Shown here one piece after another: positions 51,801 to 64,000 of a stretch of 64,000 nucleotides of DNA. Source of the stretch: Gnetum montanum (Eukaryota > Plantae > Gnetophyta); assembly GCA_015680685.1 (NCBI GenBank), contig MNCI01000404.1, forward strand, positions 76,829-140,828. Direction: 5' to 3'. The notes beneath the pieces were generated by a model that searched no databases, was not told where the DNA came from, and was given only the letters and a program-made list of their open reading frames with translations. Positions within the stretch are counted from its first letter, which is position 1. The number at the start of each line of letters is the position of its first letter. Position numbers and translations under genes: made by a program.

Positions 51801-54800
51801 TAAGCATTTTTCAATGAAAAAAACTTCATGTTTTAAAAAAAAAATTAATCCATTCTAACAAGAAATTTTTAGAAACCAGAACTTTTATTTTGCAAATTTC
51901 AAGGCTACATATTGTCCAATAAAAATAGTTTGATATTTTAAATTCTGAAATAAGCTACAAAAATATAATGTGGATATGACATTCTATTAGAGTTGACATA
52001 AACATTTGTTATGTGACACTTCACAAACCTTTCGGCTAGGTGCTAGCTTTGGTGGATCCAGAATCACCAGGTCCCAAGATTGCTGTTTTGAAGCTGCTCG
52101 TTTCATGAATTTAGAGGCATCTTCCTTTACAAAAAAAATTTTGCTTGGGTCAATACTATTGAGCTTCACGTTATCTTCTGCAACCTCTAATGCTGATTGT
52201 GATGTGTCAACACCTGAAACAGTGTAAGCAAAACTGCAATTTTAAACTAGAATAGCTATCATTTATTTTATTTTTTTTGGACATCTCTATAGGCCAGGAG
52301 CATTTTTATCACTGAGTTCCCTGAAAACACACGAGCTTGAACCTAAGATATTTGAAAGTTTTAAAATAATCAAGGTAATGATTCTATTTAGAAACCAGCA
52401 GATATTAAGAAATGTTTGGACCTTTCATAATTTAATATTTGATTTTGGAAGACTGAAACATAAATTTTGTCATGTTATGTTCCATTTCGAAGAGTCGATG
52501 AGGCTTAAATCAAATAGTTAGAGCATGTGGCTTTTTGCAAGTTACAACTTCAATTCCAAGGGTTATGCTGACATAATAGATTCCAAAAAGCACACTCAAA
52601 AAACAAAAAGTACAAATTCAGGAAAGGCAGGTAGAGAGTCAAATATAAAAGTTATCATGAAATCATCTGCCTACCTTAACGGGCTAGCCCATATTGTTGG
52701 GATAAAGGCAACCATCATGATGATCATGTTTCATTTAGAAGACAACCAAAATATTTTGAGATCTCAGGATGTTTATCATAGTTAACCTAAACGTGCAGAT
52801 CCAAATATAGTTACAGAAAAACATAAAACATCGAACTTTGATGTACTAGAATATAAGCTATACCAGTAACATGATCGGCACCAGCAACTGCTGCGTTAAG
52901 GGAGAACGCTCCAGTATAACAGCAAACATCAAGAACTCTTCTTCCTTTTGAGAGAGAACCAATCAGGAGACGATTGTCCCGTTGATCTGTATAAAACCCT
53001 GTCTTTTGGCCATCTAATGAGATGGAATAATCAATGCCATTTTCCTTCACCTGACATTCAAAATATTGTTAAAGATCTGCACCCAATTTATCATCATATA
53101 ATACAATTCTTTTTGAAGACCATGCACCAAGGAATTCTTCAATTTGGAGATATAGAATAAATGAGGTTTTAGATCAAAATTGAAGAATTCAAATGAAAAA
53201 TAATAAAGAGACATTCATTCATTCATTAAGAGAAAGCAAATGTGTCTATCAATGGTCGTACTTTAATCATTTTCGGCATAGGCTTGGAATCGGTGTCATT
53301 GACATCTAAAGACAACCCTTCCTCCTTCAACATTTCAACAGATGACCGCCATTTAAGATGTTTAGTACCAGTGATATCCTTTACTATCAATTCTATCAGT
53401 GATCTATATCTTTCCACCCATGCTGCAGAGGATGCTATAACAGCATAATCACTAAAAATATCCACTATAAGTCCAGACAACCTGAAAATAAACATCACAA
53501 ATATTATAATCTACATTTTAAAAAAAGGTGATGATTACTATGCTAATAGCATAATTCATGATAGCAGAACATGAAAAGTAATATATCTAACCCCTGCTAG
53601 CATTGTACAAGCATAACTAATTTGGTGCTTTTTTGTTAATAAAACAAATTAACAACCCATTGATTGTCTGGTTCTACTTAAGAAGAGAGCATGTATAGAA
53701 ACTAGCTGATAAAACTATCATTATTCAAATACCAAGGTTAAGTTGTAGTCTAGAAAATATCTAACATGTTGCTAAGTTTTTTTACCAGCACAGAAGCTTT
53801 CAAAAAGTCTCCGATGGGTTGAGGTTAGCTATAAAAAAATTATGCCAATTGCCAGGTAACACCAGTAGCAATGGCATTGCTCTCTCAATAGGAGAACAGA
53901 AAGACATTAGGTGTTCATTAAGTGATGTAATCTACGCATTCCAGTATGTAGTTATGAAAATTAGAAACTAACGGAATATGTTTCCTCCGCCCCACCCTCC
54001 CAAACTGCCACAAAAAGAAAAAAGAAAAGCCTTGGGGAAATGATTCATTAAACTTCACATATACTTTGGAAATATATGTATAATTCAATAGATTTGTCAT
54101 GATTCTCAAACACATTTGATAACTACAATCATACAACTAGCAGAAAGTATGATAATGACAATGACAACGACAATTTAGGGTTCCCAAAATTACTCCAAAA
54201 AAATAAAATTATCTATGCATTTTGTAGCTGGTGTTAAAAAAAAAGAAAAGACTACGAAAAAGGACATTTTACCTGTCTTGTTAAGTGCACATCACAACTG
54301 ACAATAACTTTGGTGTAAATTACTTAAATGAATTTAAAACAAGATAAATGTATAAAACTTCAAATAGAGATAGGTATAGAGTTCGGAAGCAACATGCATG
54401 CCTATCTCCTTCACTATTCACCAGACGATAAGTGTTTGTATCCAAACAAGGAAGGTCAAGACGTCTCCGCAAGTCCATGGCAGAATGAATTCGTGATCGA
54501 AGAAGTTTTTCAATATTAAGTACACATGAGGGATCTCTGCAATTTAGGAACAAAGTGTTACAGTTGCCATCAAAACTTATTAGAATTACACGTTATTTGT
54601 CCATGTATAGAAATAAAAAACATCCATGCTTACCTATAAGCATCTTCCTCCATTTGCATCAAACGAACAGAAAACATGGAAGCTGAATTATATAGACCCC
54701 AGGCGAATGGCTGCTCTGATATATCAGTAACCAGTACAATATCTCCTGACTTTGGGGGAGGTTGGCCAACAATTTTGTCGATTGCTCCACTGTAAACCAT

Positions 54801-56164
54801 TGGATGCCCATTACGAAATAGCTTTCCTTTATCTTTCTTCAGTATTACCTTTGCTATGGCTGAAAATAGAACATATATAACCAAATCTCTTCCCATTTAT
54901 TTAATTAGGACATCCAAAAACATAGGCATTGAACAAATTATGTGTAAGTATTTCCATGATGTTCGTTAAAAACGTGAGCTATAAAGATCTAGCCGGCAGC
55001 TCTGGGGAAACATATCAGTGTTCCAGAAAAGAAAAAAGAAATCACCACTGAAAATTACTTTTGCTGGCCATTACACTCTCTCAATGTTTGAACTTAGCCG
55101 TAGGAAAATTAGGAAAGTCATGGATGTAAACATCCAAATCAGTTCCAGGTGCAGATTTTCATGATTTTCTTTCATTGCACTACCCTTCATCTTTTCTCCC
55201 AGAACAAAAGGTTATTCTTCAAATATTGATGGCCATCTAGTAGACTAGTGAGCTTGTTTCTAGTTAGGAGCCTTTCTTCACCATAAATTATCTCAAACAA
55301 TCAAAATGATACCAGATGTGTCTATTTGCCTAATGTCTCCTATCTCTTATTTTCCTGATTTTTGTTTTTGTTAATTTTGTAATTGGTTCTTCCCTAATAG
55401 TTTTACTAACCGTGATCTTTTACATATGTTGGCTGATTGTATGCAGATTTAAAACTACTTCGATGGCTGCAACAGGGCACAGTGAATTAAATCTGGATAT
55501 AACTCTGGTTTTGTAAAGACACAGGCATCTCATCTTTATACGCATCACCATACTTCAATTTCCAGTTATGCCCATCTGTTACAGTTTATCTCGAATTACA
55601 ACAGCTGTAGTTAAATATTAGGTTAATTTTCAGAGTAATATAACTTCTTCTCCAAATAATTTAGCTGAGATTGAAACTCAGGTAGATATTTATATATTTA
55701 ATGCTTTTCTATGTACACCCAGTACTCTTTTATTGGTAACTCTGCTACAGCGGGGCTGTCATAATACTATGCAATATGCATTGGCCACTTCCCAAGTAAC
55801 AACTTCAATCAAATATGTATGTTTTCAGCATGATGTTCCAATGAGATCAATACTTTTTATTAAAATCATTTCTGATCTCGTGCTCACTAAACGTCATCTT
55901 ATCACATGTGGTTGTGGGTGTACTCAGTTATAATGTGAAAAGTACAGTCTATGAAACAAGTTCTAAAAAATAATTATTTCCAGATCTGTGAAGACAAAAT
56001 GTAAGAGTACCTGGATAAGAAGCAGCAATATCTGCGATTACGGAGCTACTGGGTGAAGAACTGCAACGCACCAACTTAAAAATGGAAGCGAATTTGTTAG
56101 AAGCAACATGAGCAGAAGAAGATGAAGGTACCAATGAACAGACAATGCAGGATTGCAGGCGCAT
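45814..56164 (-). CDS. RlmI/YccW-like rRNA large-subunit SAM methyltransferase (PUA + linker + MTase), 457 aa, probable organelle transit peptide; exons 56164-56011, 54859-54634, 54536-54402, 53481-53262, 53050-52864, 52213-52029, 50295-50158, 45942-45814
   Basis: Phase-consistent exons sum to 1374 nt. Motifs GHPMVYSGAI (PUA), RLVNSEGDRLSGLIVD, GQKTGFYTDQRDNR, VLDVCCYTGAFSL, DLVILDPPKLA, TCSCS, ADHP...YPE. Ser-rich N-terminus. Confidence 0.93.
46645..47113. repeat. Third, more diverged copy of the foldback arm
   Basis: Collinear with about 49535-50050 (AAATTTGGTGTAAAACATT...TTCTATCACACTAATGCTCAAC...TTCCATAA), inverted relative to 48350-48895. Confidence 0.9.
47148..47217. repeat. Perfect 33-bp tandem duplication
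   Basis: ATCAAACTCAGCTTTCAAGAAATAAATACATTA twice. Confidence 0.95.
47449..48327 (-). mobile_element. Ty1/copia fragment (RT C-terminus and RNase H), TAR-like
   Basis: LGEASYVIGIKIHRDRS, AAKKVMRYLQGT, SDSDFA, SW.S.KQ...STMEAEF, IFCDN, ADPLTK; several frameshifts; no LTR seen. Clade assignment is tentative. Confidence 0.88.
48328..50058. mobile_element. Foldback-like long inverted repeat (arms 48328-49188 and 49286-50058, about 97-bp spacer)
   Basis: Arms are reverse complements over about 770 bp, with one approximately 60-bp indel. Outer ends carry 29-37 bp subrepeats (TTTCAATGTAACCATTTACGCATTATGGAAA). No TSD found. Confidence 0.88.
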
Positions 56165-56893
56165 TTTTCTTTTTCTTTTTTTTCTTTTTTTTTTTTCTTT
56201 TTTTCCTCGTTTCTGGCTGTAAGAGTTTTGTATTAGGTTTCTGGTGGCAAAACAGACCGTGCCCCCTGGATGACACTAACGTTACTGAATGACGTGATTC
56301 AAGAACTTTCGCAAGGAGCGGCAGTGCGCATTAGGCGGATCTATCGCGGCCAGAAGTTCGTAATTTGGCTGATATCAGAATTTTCTCGCACCGTTGTATT
56401 CGGGTTTTTTTTTTTTTTTTCTGGTTTTTTTGTTTTTTATTCTTAAAGGAAGACAAGGAAACTTTTAAAGTCTTCTGGATCCGTTATCTCATCACTTTTC
56501 TAAATTAGAACTATTATAAGTAGCTTTTAAAATCAGATCAAGTCATTCACTATTCTGTGAATGGAGTAAGGATATAGAAATAACACCTTGTTGAAACTAA
56601 CAAGAAGCTAATTAAGACCTTACAATAGCAAGAGGTAGACTGCGGATAGGAGATATCATCCATAACCTTGCTAATATGTTTTCAAGCTTTCTAGATTTTG
56701 TTAAAAAGCCAAAACTTGCTAATATGTTTTCAAGCTTTCTAGATTTGCTTAAAGACAAAAGAACTTTGTAGTAAAACAAAAGCAAGACCTAAAAGCTAAT
56801 TATGAATAAAGATGCCTTGCTAAATATATGCTTTTTCAAGAAAAATTTGCTCACTACTTTGGAAAAGCACCGCTTGGCACTACTCAAGAGGGG

Positions 56894-59800
56894 TGTAACC
56901 GCACTGCTCTAGGAAAGCACCGCTTGGCACTACCGAAGAGTTTCAAAGTAGTCAAATATTCCAAAGTAGACTCAAGGTGGACCACCTCAAAATCATCGAG
57001 AACTTGTGAGCACAACATAAGTACACAACTCACATGCCACATGTTAGTCCAAGGTTAGGAATGATGTAAAGATGTTGTTATAATCATATAAGCAACTAAA
57101 CAAATGCAACATACATAGCATACTTAAGAGCACTAGCATACACATACAACATTCCCTTAAGAAAGCTAAGACATGTTCCTACTTTAATGCATCTAGCCCT
57201 ACGCCCTACTCCAAGGAAAAGGGTAGTGGCCAAAGCATCAAAGCCAAAGCCCCTCTGCAAGCCTACATGTCCTTGTGATGTAGTACACAAAGGAATCAAG
57301 GCCATGTACTTCTTTGGTAATGGTTGTAATAGCATGGAACCCATAAGGATCTCCACACTTCTCTAACCTTCATTCAAGAAGAAAACAGCCTTCAATCCAC
57401 CAACAAGGCATGTTTTCCTATACTCTCCCCTACTTAAAAGAAGTAATGTCCTTAAACTTTAAGTCTTTATCCATACACTTTGTCAAATATGGAGAGCCAT
57501 ATAGATATCAAGGGTATTGATCAACTCAAAGCCCATCTAATATTTGTAGACAAGAAGGTTCAATGGTTAGGATCATTCACCGTAGATCATGAATGTTGAA
57601 CTCAACCTAACATCCAACCAAGGCATAAGAATGTTCAAGCAATACAGGTTAAGGAAGAAAAGGCTTTGATCTTTTCCATGCAAACGGTACCAAACTTTCT
57701 ACCTAGAGTGAGACTCAGTTAAAATTTGAACCATTTTCCTACAATTTGTAGCAATACATGTGTAGTCTTCTAGAGGTATGCATTCCTTTGTCTCTAAACC
57801 TATGCTTTGAACTCAAAGTCACAATCCTATGCTCCCTACTCGAAGTCATGGTTACAAACCTATGCTTCCTACTTAAAGTCACAATCATAATCTTATGCTT
57901 CTTACTTAAAGTCATAATCTTGTACTTCTTGCTTGAAGTCACAGTCACAATCCTATGATTGCTACTTGAAGACATAGTCAAGAATAAGTGCTCCTTACTT
58001 AGAGTCATCTCATCCCCGTACTATCTCTCTCCACCTACTTATGCACACATACTCTTTTTTTTTTCTCACACTCTTCTTCACATACATATTACTACTTTAG
58101 TCCACCTTAGAATGGTAGCACTAAGCCAACCACATTCCGTTATTTTTAGAACAAATAGTCTTGGTAAAAAAATTGATTATCCATCTTCCATTGAGGTGGT
58201 TAAGATAAAACTACATATCATACTTGTTGTGATAAATAATAAAGTGTTTGGCATTAGAACAATCTTTGACAAGACCTCCCAAGAAATAAGAACTACTATC
58301 TATCATATTGTTCATAGGAAACCGATCATACCACATGTGTAGAAGATAATCTCACCAAGTTCTCCATCATGCCAAATGTGAAACACAGAAGGAACATGAT
58401 GAATACAAAGATCATAGTCATTATTCCTCCAAGAGCACTATCAATAATCCCACTATTCACCAATTATAAGCCACCAAATCAAGCATATAAGGACTTATAT
58501 ATCTGAGTATTCACATGTCAACAACAAAGCATTATGTTGTTTCACATATGGACAAATCATCATCCACATTTAGAACAACTACTCCATGAAGCAAGTCAAA
58601 TCCTAAATGAGGAAAATTTGAACAAGAGATCAAGATATTGAAATATCCAAGAACTTTCATGATCAAATCACCATCCAAGGACAAAACATGAAGAACAATT
58701 TGCAAATAGAGCATTTGAAATGCTATTAATTTTCTTCTATGGATAATGAGTTGATCCATCAAGGCATCACCAACAAAGGACCCTCAAATAAGAATCTAAG
58801 TGTAGTTTCACAACACAGGAACATAGAACCATCATCACGTAACATTAATTTATGGAGTCCAAAAGGCATTCAAGCCAAAGACTCTTCACAAGATCAATGG
58901 ATTCAAGAATAGCCATCCCAGGAGAGCAACATGTTGCAATAAGGAATGTTGATCTCATATATTCCCTCCTCTTTGATGCATGATGAAATTATCACAAGGA
59001 TCAACTAGTAGGGGAGAATGTGTTTCTCTCATAATTCATCCTAACAAACTTAGAATAGTTTTTTTTGCACAAATTAGAGATCATTAATAACATTCCCTTA
59101 GAATACAATGTGATTTCTTAGTATAAAATTTTGAGCTAGAGCATATTTGTGTGTTTTGTGCAAGAGCTCATTCCAATGAAAAAAGAATGTTTTCAAATCA
59201 GCCAACACGTGAATCATTTGGCCATCTTTGTTATAGGTAGATGACACATGATTGTATCACCTACTTATCATAACTGTTTCTATAACCAATAAACTCAAGA
59301 GTCATTCAAATCTATTTGCCTTAAGATCCACGTGAATATCACCTACTTGTACCAATTGTTCACATAATTTGATCCTCTATAAGAGCAAGACCAGAATTTG
59401 TTTTCTTGTCTTTTACCATCTCCTCTAAATTTTTAAATCTTCATCCTCATACATCTTCACATCATCATGAAACTTCTTGTGCACATGACTATCTTGCTTG
59501 TCATCTCCCATTGTTCCATTGTGGAGATTGCAACCAAAAGAAGCATTACCATGATTTTGGTATTCTTTGTTCTTCTTGTGCATCATAGAAGCACATAAAT
59601 CATGAACAACGTATCATGATCATGAATCATAAACCAAAAGTAGCCTTGAACTGCACCATGACTTTAATACCAAGTATAATGACATTACTTTAGGAAAGCA
59701 CTACTTGATACCACCTAAGAGTCCCAAAATAGTCAAATGTTCTAGAGTAGCTTAAGGTGGACTACACCTCAACATCTCAAGAACTTGCAAGCACAACATA

Positions 59801-60202
59801 AGTACACAACTCACATGCCACTAGTCTAAGGTTAGGAGCATTGCAAAGTCACCATTATAATCATATAAGAAACCAAATAATTGCAACATACACAACATAC
59901 TTAAAAGCACTAGTATACATGCACAACATAGTTCCCTTAAGAGAGCTAAGACACATTCCTACTCTAACACATCTAGTCCTAAGCCCTGCTCTAAAGAGAA
60001 GGGCATTGGCCAAAGCATCAAAGCCAAAGCTCCTCTACAAGCCTATGTATCCTTGTGATATAGTATACAAAGGATTCAGGACCATGTAGTTCTTTGGTGA
60101 TAGTTGTGATAACATGAAACCCATAAGGATCTCCACACTCCTCTAGACCCCATTTTGAAGGAAAACAACCTTCAATCTACCAACAAGATATGTTTTCCTA
60201 CA
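56894..60202 (-). mobile_element. 3.3-kb non-autonomous or deleted LTR retrotransposon
   Basis: LTRs 56894-57422 and 59675-60202. Decayed Met-tRNA PBS (plus strand ACTTTAATACCA, compare GCTCTGATACCA) at 59661-59672. PPT (minus TAAGTAGGGGAGAG) at 57423-57436. TSD AGGGG/TGGGG (4 of 5). Interior has no intact ORF. Confidence 0.88.
57795..58005. repeat. Degenerate 27-36 bp minisatellite (CCTATGCTTCCTACTTAAAGTCACAAT)
   Basis: About 7 imperfect units inside the 3.3-kb LTR element. Confidence 0.8.
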
Positions 60203-62269
60203 TGGGGAATGAATAGAATTTAGAGTACATAAAATCATCAAAGAAAGAGTCTAAAGCCCATGATATTGTAGACTCTTTCACTGTTGGGCTTTTTTGCCCT
60301 TAATATTGTAGAGTCTAAAGCCCGTGATATTCTACAAAAAGAAATTAATATTGTAGAAAAAAATTAACTGTTGAACTTTCACTGAGAGCTTTTTTGCTTG
60401 AAGTTATAGTTGAAATGTAACATCTTTAAGAATCTAGTATTTAACTCCTAAAAAAATATCATATTTATGCTCTTACTTCTAGAAAATAATTGCACACTAA
60501 AGCTTCCAAATATAGTAAAAAGCAAGTATTCAAAAACATTTCCAAATGCAAAAAGAAAGAAAGAAAGAAAGCAGACAAAGAAGACTAATCACCAAGAATG
60601 ACTACATTGATGCTCGATTAAAAGTGGTTATGAATTTTGGATATTCATTTCCAATAATGCTAAGTGAAACACCACCAAATTTGCATGTTATAACCTTTTT
60701 AATCTCATCCCCATGAAACTCAAGGAAAAACTTCATTATAAGTGTGAAGATTGCAACCCATAAGAGGCAATCTCACATATTTCATACTTTTTGGGCTAAA
60801 AATGCCTCACAAGTGGCCAAAGCCTCATTCCCCAAGTGAAAAGAGTTACCTAGTATTTATATTTGGGCTTGGGAAAGTTTAAAAAAAATTTGGAATGCCA
60901 AAAATGATAATTTACTAGGTTTTATGGGGGTTATATACTTTTCTATGCTGACAAACCCCTGCAAGGGGGTAAGCCAGCTAGGAGACATTAAAGCTAACAT
61001 GGAGGAGTACAAGGGGAATGAATCTCACCTACCCCCAACGTGGAGAGGGGGGTAACTCAACCTGGAGGGGTTTGACCTTCATCCCCAATGTTTACACTCT
61101 TCCTCCANTCCCCAACATAGAAGCTTCATGGCCAAGATTTCAACATTGACACTCTTCCCCTAGTTTGGAGGGATTAGCTAGTGTGGAGGGGTTAGTCAGC
61201 ATGGATGCATGGGGATGGATCTCACCTACCCCGTCTAAAAGGTAATAGAAATTTGTAGCCAAATTATAGCCAGTTTGTAGTAAAAATTAAGGCAAAAACC
61301 CTATATAAACCAATCCCAAACACCATTTCAAGGTTCGACCCCCTTGACACTCATAGACTTTGGCATTTTTTCATTCAAGAGCTTTGAACATACACAAACC
61401 TCTTGAGTCCCCAATGTGAAAGTGGTTGGATATTGAGTTTTCATAGCATCTATTGTAAATTCTCAAAGAAAATCCAACATTGATCATCCACATGCATACG
61501 TTCCATCTCTTATTTCCATTTCCACAATAAAACCAATGTTGGTTTTGACACCAACCAAACATACTTTTCCCCCTTTCTTATTGTGAAATTTGGTAGCTTT
61601 TCAAAACTATTTTGAGAAAGTTTCTAGTTTTTATTTTGATAGTTAAACCTAGGGGTTTACCAACTAGGAGACCTATGTTGGTGAAGCTTGGTGTCCACAT
61701 TCTCAACTTGCTATTTCAGGCAAAATGGGTGTAACCCGTTTTGGCCCCCACTTACTACTTTTAGTAAGTGACCTATTTTTGGCTATTTTTTACTTCTTTT
61801 CACCAAATTTAAACTTTGTGACAATTTCAACTACTGGAATCTACATTCTTTTCTCCATTTTGCTAATAGCTTTCACCCCCTTTCACCAACCTTCATTTTG
61901 AAAGGTGTGAGATCCCTTCCCCACCCATCTCACCCCCTTCTTTCCCCCTATCACACCTAGCATAGAAGGCAACTAGGAAGCTAACATGGGTGAAGTTTGT
62001 TACAACCTTTTCACCTTTTAATTTTTGGTAAAGGGGTATTACCCCCTTACCCCCTGCCCCCCTCTTACCATTTATAGTAAGTGACTCACTTTGGCCATTT
62101 TTATCATTTTTTTGCAACTAGGAAGCTAGTAGTGGATGGAGTGTGATATCCCCTCTTTCCATTCATAGTAAGGGGGTATACCCCCTTTGGCAGCCACTTA
62201 CTATTTATAGTAAGTAACCTATTTTCAATTTTTTTTGCCTTTTTCAGCCATTTTTAAATTCCACTTGTT

Positions 62270-64000
62270 GGAATTTATGCTCTACTTAACATTTTATAAA
62301 CTTGTGTATCCATTTTTAGCACATTTACAATGTCTTTCATCTGATCAACTGTATTGTCCCTTAACCTCATACATTGCAGTTGTCAATGAGAAATTCTACA
62401 ACTTCCTTTGTGCTAAGATGCAAGATGTTCTATTAATACCATGCTCTAAATTTGATGCTAAGCATTAGTTCAAAATTTTATGCTGGGGTCAAAAAGAATA
62501 CATTCCATCCCCTTATGACCAAATCCCCTTCACCGACTTCTATGCAAAAATGCTCACACAACTCATAGAGGTTAATGAGTTTAGTAAAGGAATTAGCTTA
62601 GAGGATCGTCAAGTGGAGGAAGATGAGTTTGAGGTCAAGTAGGAGTTGGACACCTTCATTGGAAGTCTTTTCCAAACTCCAGCTCCCCAAACAACCACAC
62701 CCAACTCCACATCTCTTATCTCATCAATGGAACAAGTCCCTAGATCCAACTCTCCTCCTATTCATCCTACCATGTTTGGGTCCACACCCATCATTGCCAT
62801 GCACCAAACACAACCCATGTCTCAATCCACCTCCTTATTCTCATTAGTACCCTTTTCCACACAACCTAACTCTGTTCACCTAGCCATGGTGATGTCTACA
62901 TAATTATCTCCCTTTGCCATGCTAGTGAGATCTTCATTGGCATCCTAAGCAACACAAGCATCTCATACCCCATTTTCCCCCTTTGTGCCTTAGGTTCTAG
63001 CATAAACATCCTTTTCCTTGTTTAGTCCACCTATGACCACCATAACCTAGCCTCTCCCTTTGATATTGTAGCCTATTGCAAGACCTCAAGTTTGAAAACT
63101 TCTCCCTCAACCATCAACGCAAACATCATATTCCATAGGGATGCCCCAAGGCTTAGATCAAGCCTTTTAAATGATCAAAGACCTTAACAAAAAACTACAA
63201 AAACTTAAAGCCAACATAACTCAAAAAATCAAGGCTATAGTTTTCTATTAAGATGATCTTATAAGCCCTATGATGCCTCAAGTAACCTTTCCCACAGGCT
63301 TGCCTATTCCAAACTTCACCAAATACAATGGTGAAGAGGATCCCAATGCACATTTAGTAACCTTTTGATCTAAGTGCCTCTTCTTGCAACCTTGGCCTCA
63401 CACAATACTTAGAATATTCCCCATGTCTCTTAGGGGAAAGGCTCTAGATTGGTATCAAACATTACCTAGGGGTTCCATCTCTTTCCTTAAGGACTTGATT
63501 AATCAATTTGTTAACCACTTTAGATACAACTTGAATTTGGATGCCACATTAGACCAATTGATGAAGGTGAGGTAGGGGCCACTTGAATTAATCCAAAGGT
63601 TCATTCAAAGGTGTAACTCAACTTTCAACGAGATCCTAAAGCCTATTGCTGAAACCCACCTCTTGGCCATTTACAATAGAGTAGTAAATGACTTTATCAA
63701 GTCAAAGCTATACTATCTAGAGCCTCAGTCACTAAGCTAAGCCTTCTCACAAACCAAGAACATTGAGGAGGTAGCTAAGGCAATCAACAACCTAGCCTAC
63801 GTGGCCTACAAAAACCAACACGTGAGAAGGGATAGTAATACAACTAAACAAGAACATACAATTGTGGCTGCAATAGCAAAAGAGCCAAAATAGGTAGAAA
63901 GGAGGGGATCACAACCACGTAGCACATCCTTTGACTCATCACAACCATCCACTTCCTATGCCCCAAATCAACCAAGACCAAACTTTAGGCAGAAGGATAG
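62270..64000 (+). pseudogene. Degenerate gag of a second Tat-like element, running off the window end
   Basis: Homologous to 29970-27900: FYNFLCAK vs HYNFLCAK; IPNFTKYNGEEDPNAHL; PIAETHLLAI...VVNDFIKSKLYYL. Start approximate. Upstream 60400-62270 has short direct repeats and is probably its LTR/UTR, with ends unresolved. Confidence 0.85.

Noticed and set aside
60245-60390. Short repeats and hairpin with AGCCCA/TGGGCT site-II-like motifs
   Set aside because: Too short and degenerate to assign, and not adjacent to a host gene start.
61108-61108. Single N base
   Set aside because: Assembly ambiguity, not biological.

Overview
Plant nuclear genomic DNA; the taxon cannot be fixed from sequence alone. 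Two intact host genes flank a block of decayed Ty3/gypsy retrotransposons. The first is a 5-exon laccase (355-2784, +). The second is an 8-exon RlmI/YccW-like PUA-domain SAM methyltransferase (56164-45814, -) with a GC-AG intron and a 4.2-kb intron holding a long inverted repeat and a copia fragment. Between them lie two related Athila-like elements (about 3509-15860, -; 33748-43604, +, TSD AAAAT), a Tat-type solo LTR (5857-7324, TSD GCAGT) and a Tat/Ogre-like element (about 15990-32122, -). The Tat/Ogre-like element is the most unusual feature. Its gag-protease and RT-RH-aRH-INT halves are separated by about 6 kb carrying an oppositely oriented, multi-intron gene with a plant-mobile-domain-like and coiled-coil product and its own TATA-like box and poly(A) signals. 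Three tandem arrays sharing a covarying hairpin plus TAAACTAG motif sit at the element's ORF boundaries. A 3.3-kb LTR element with a decayed interior (56894-60202) and the gag of another Tat-like copy end the window. All coordinates and translations were read by hand; no searches were run.
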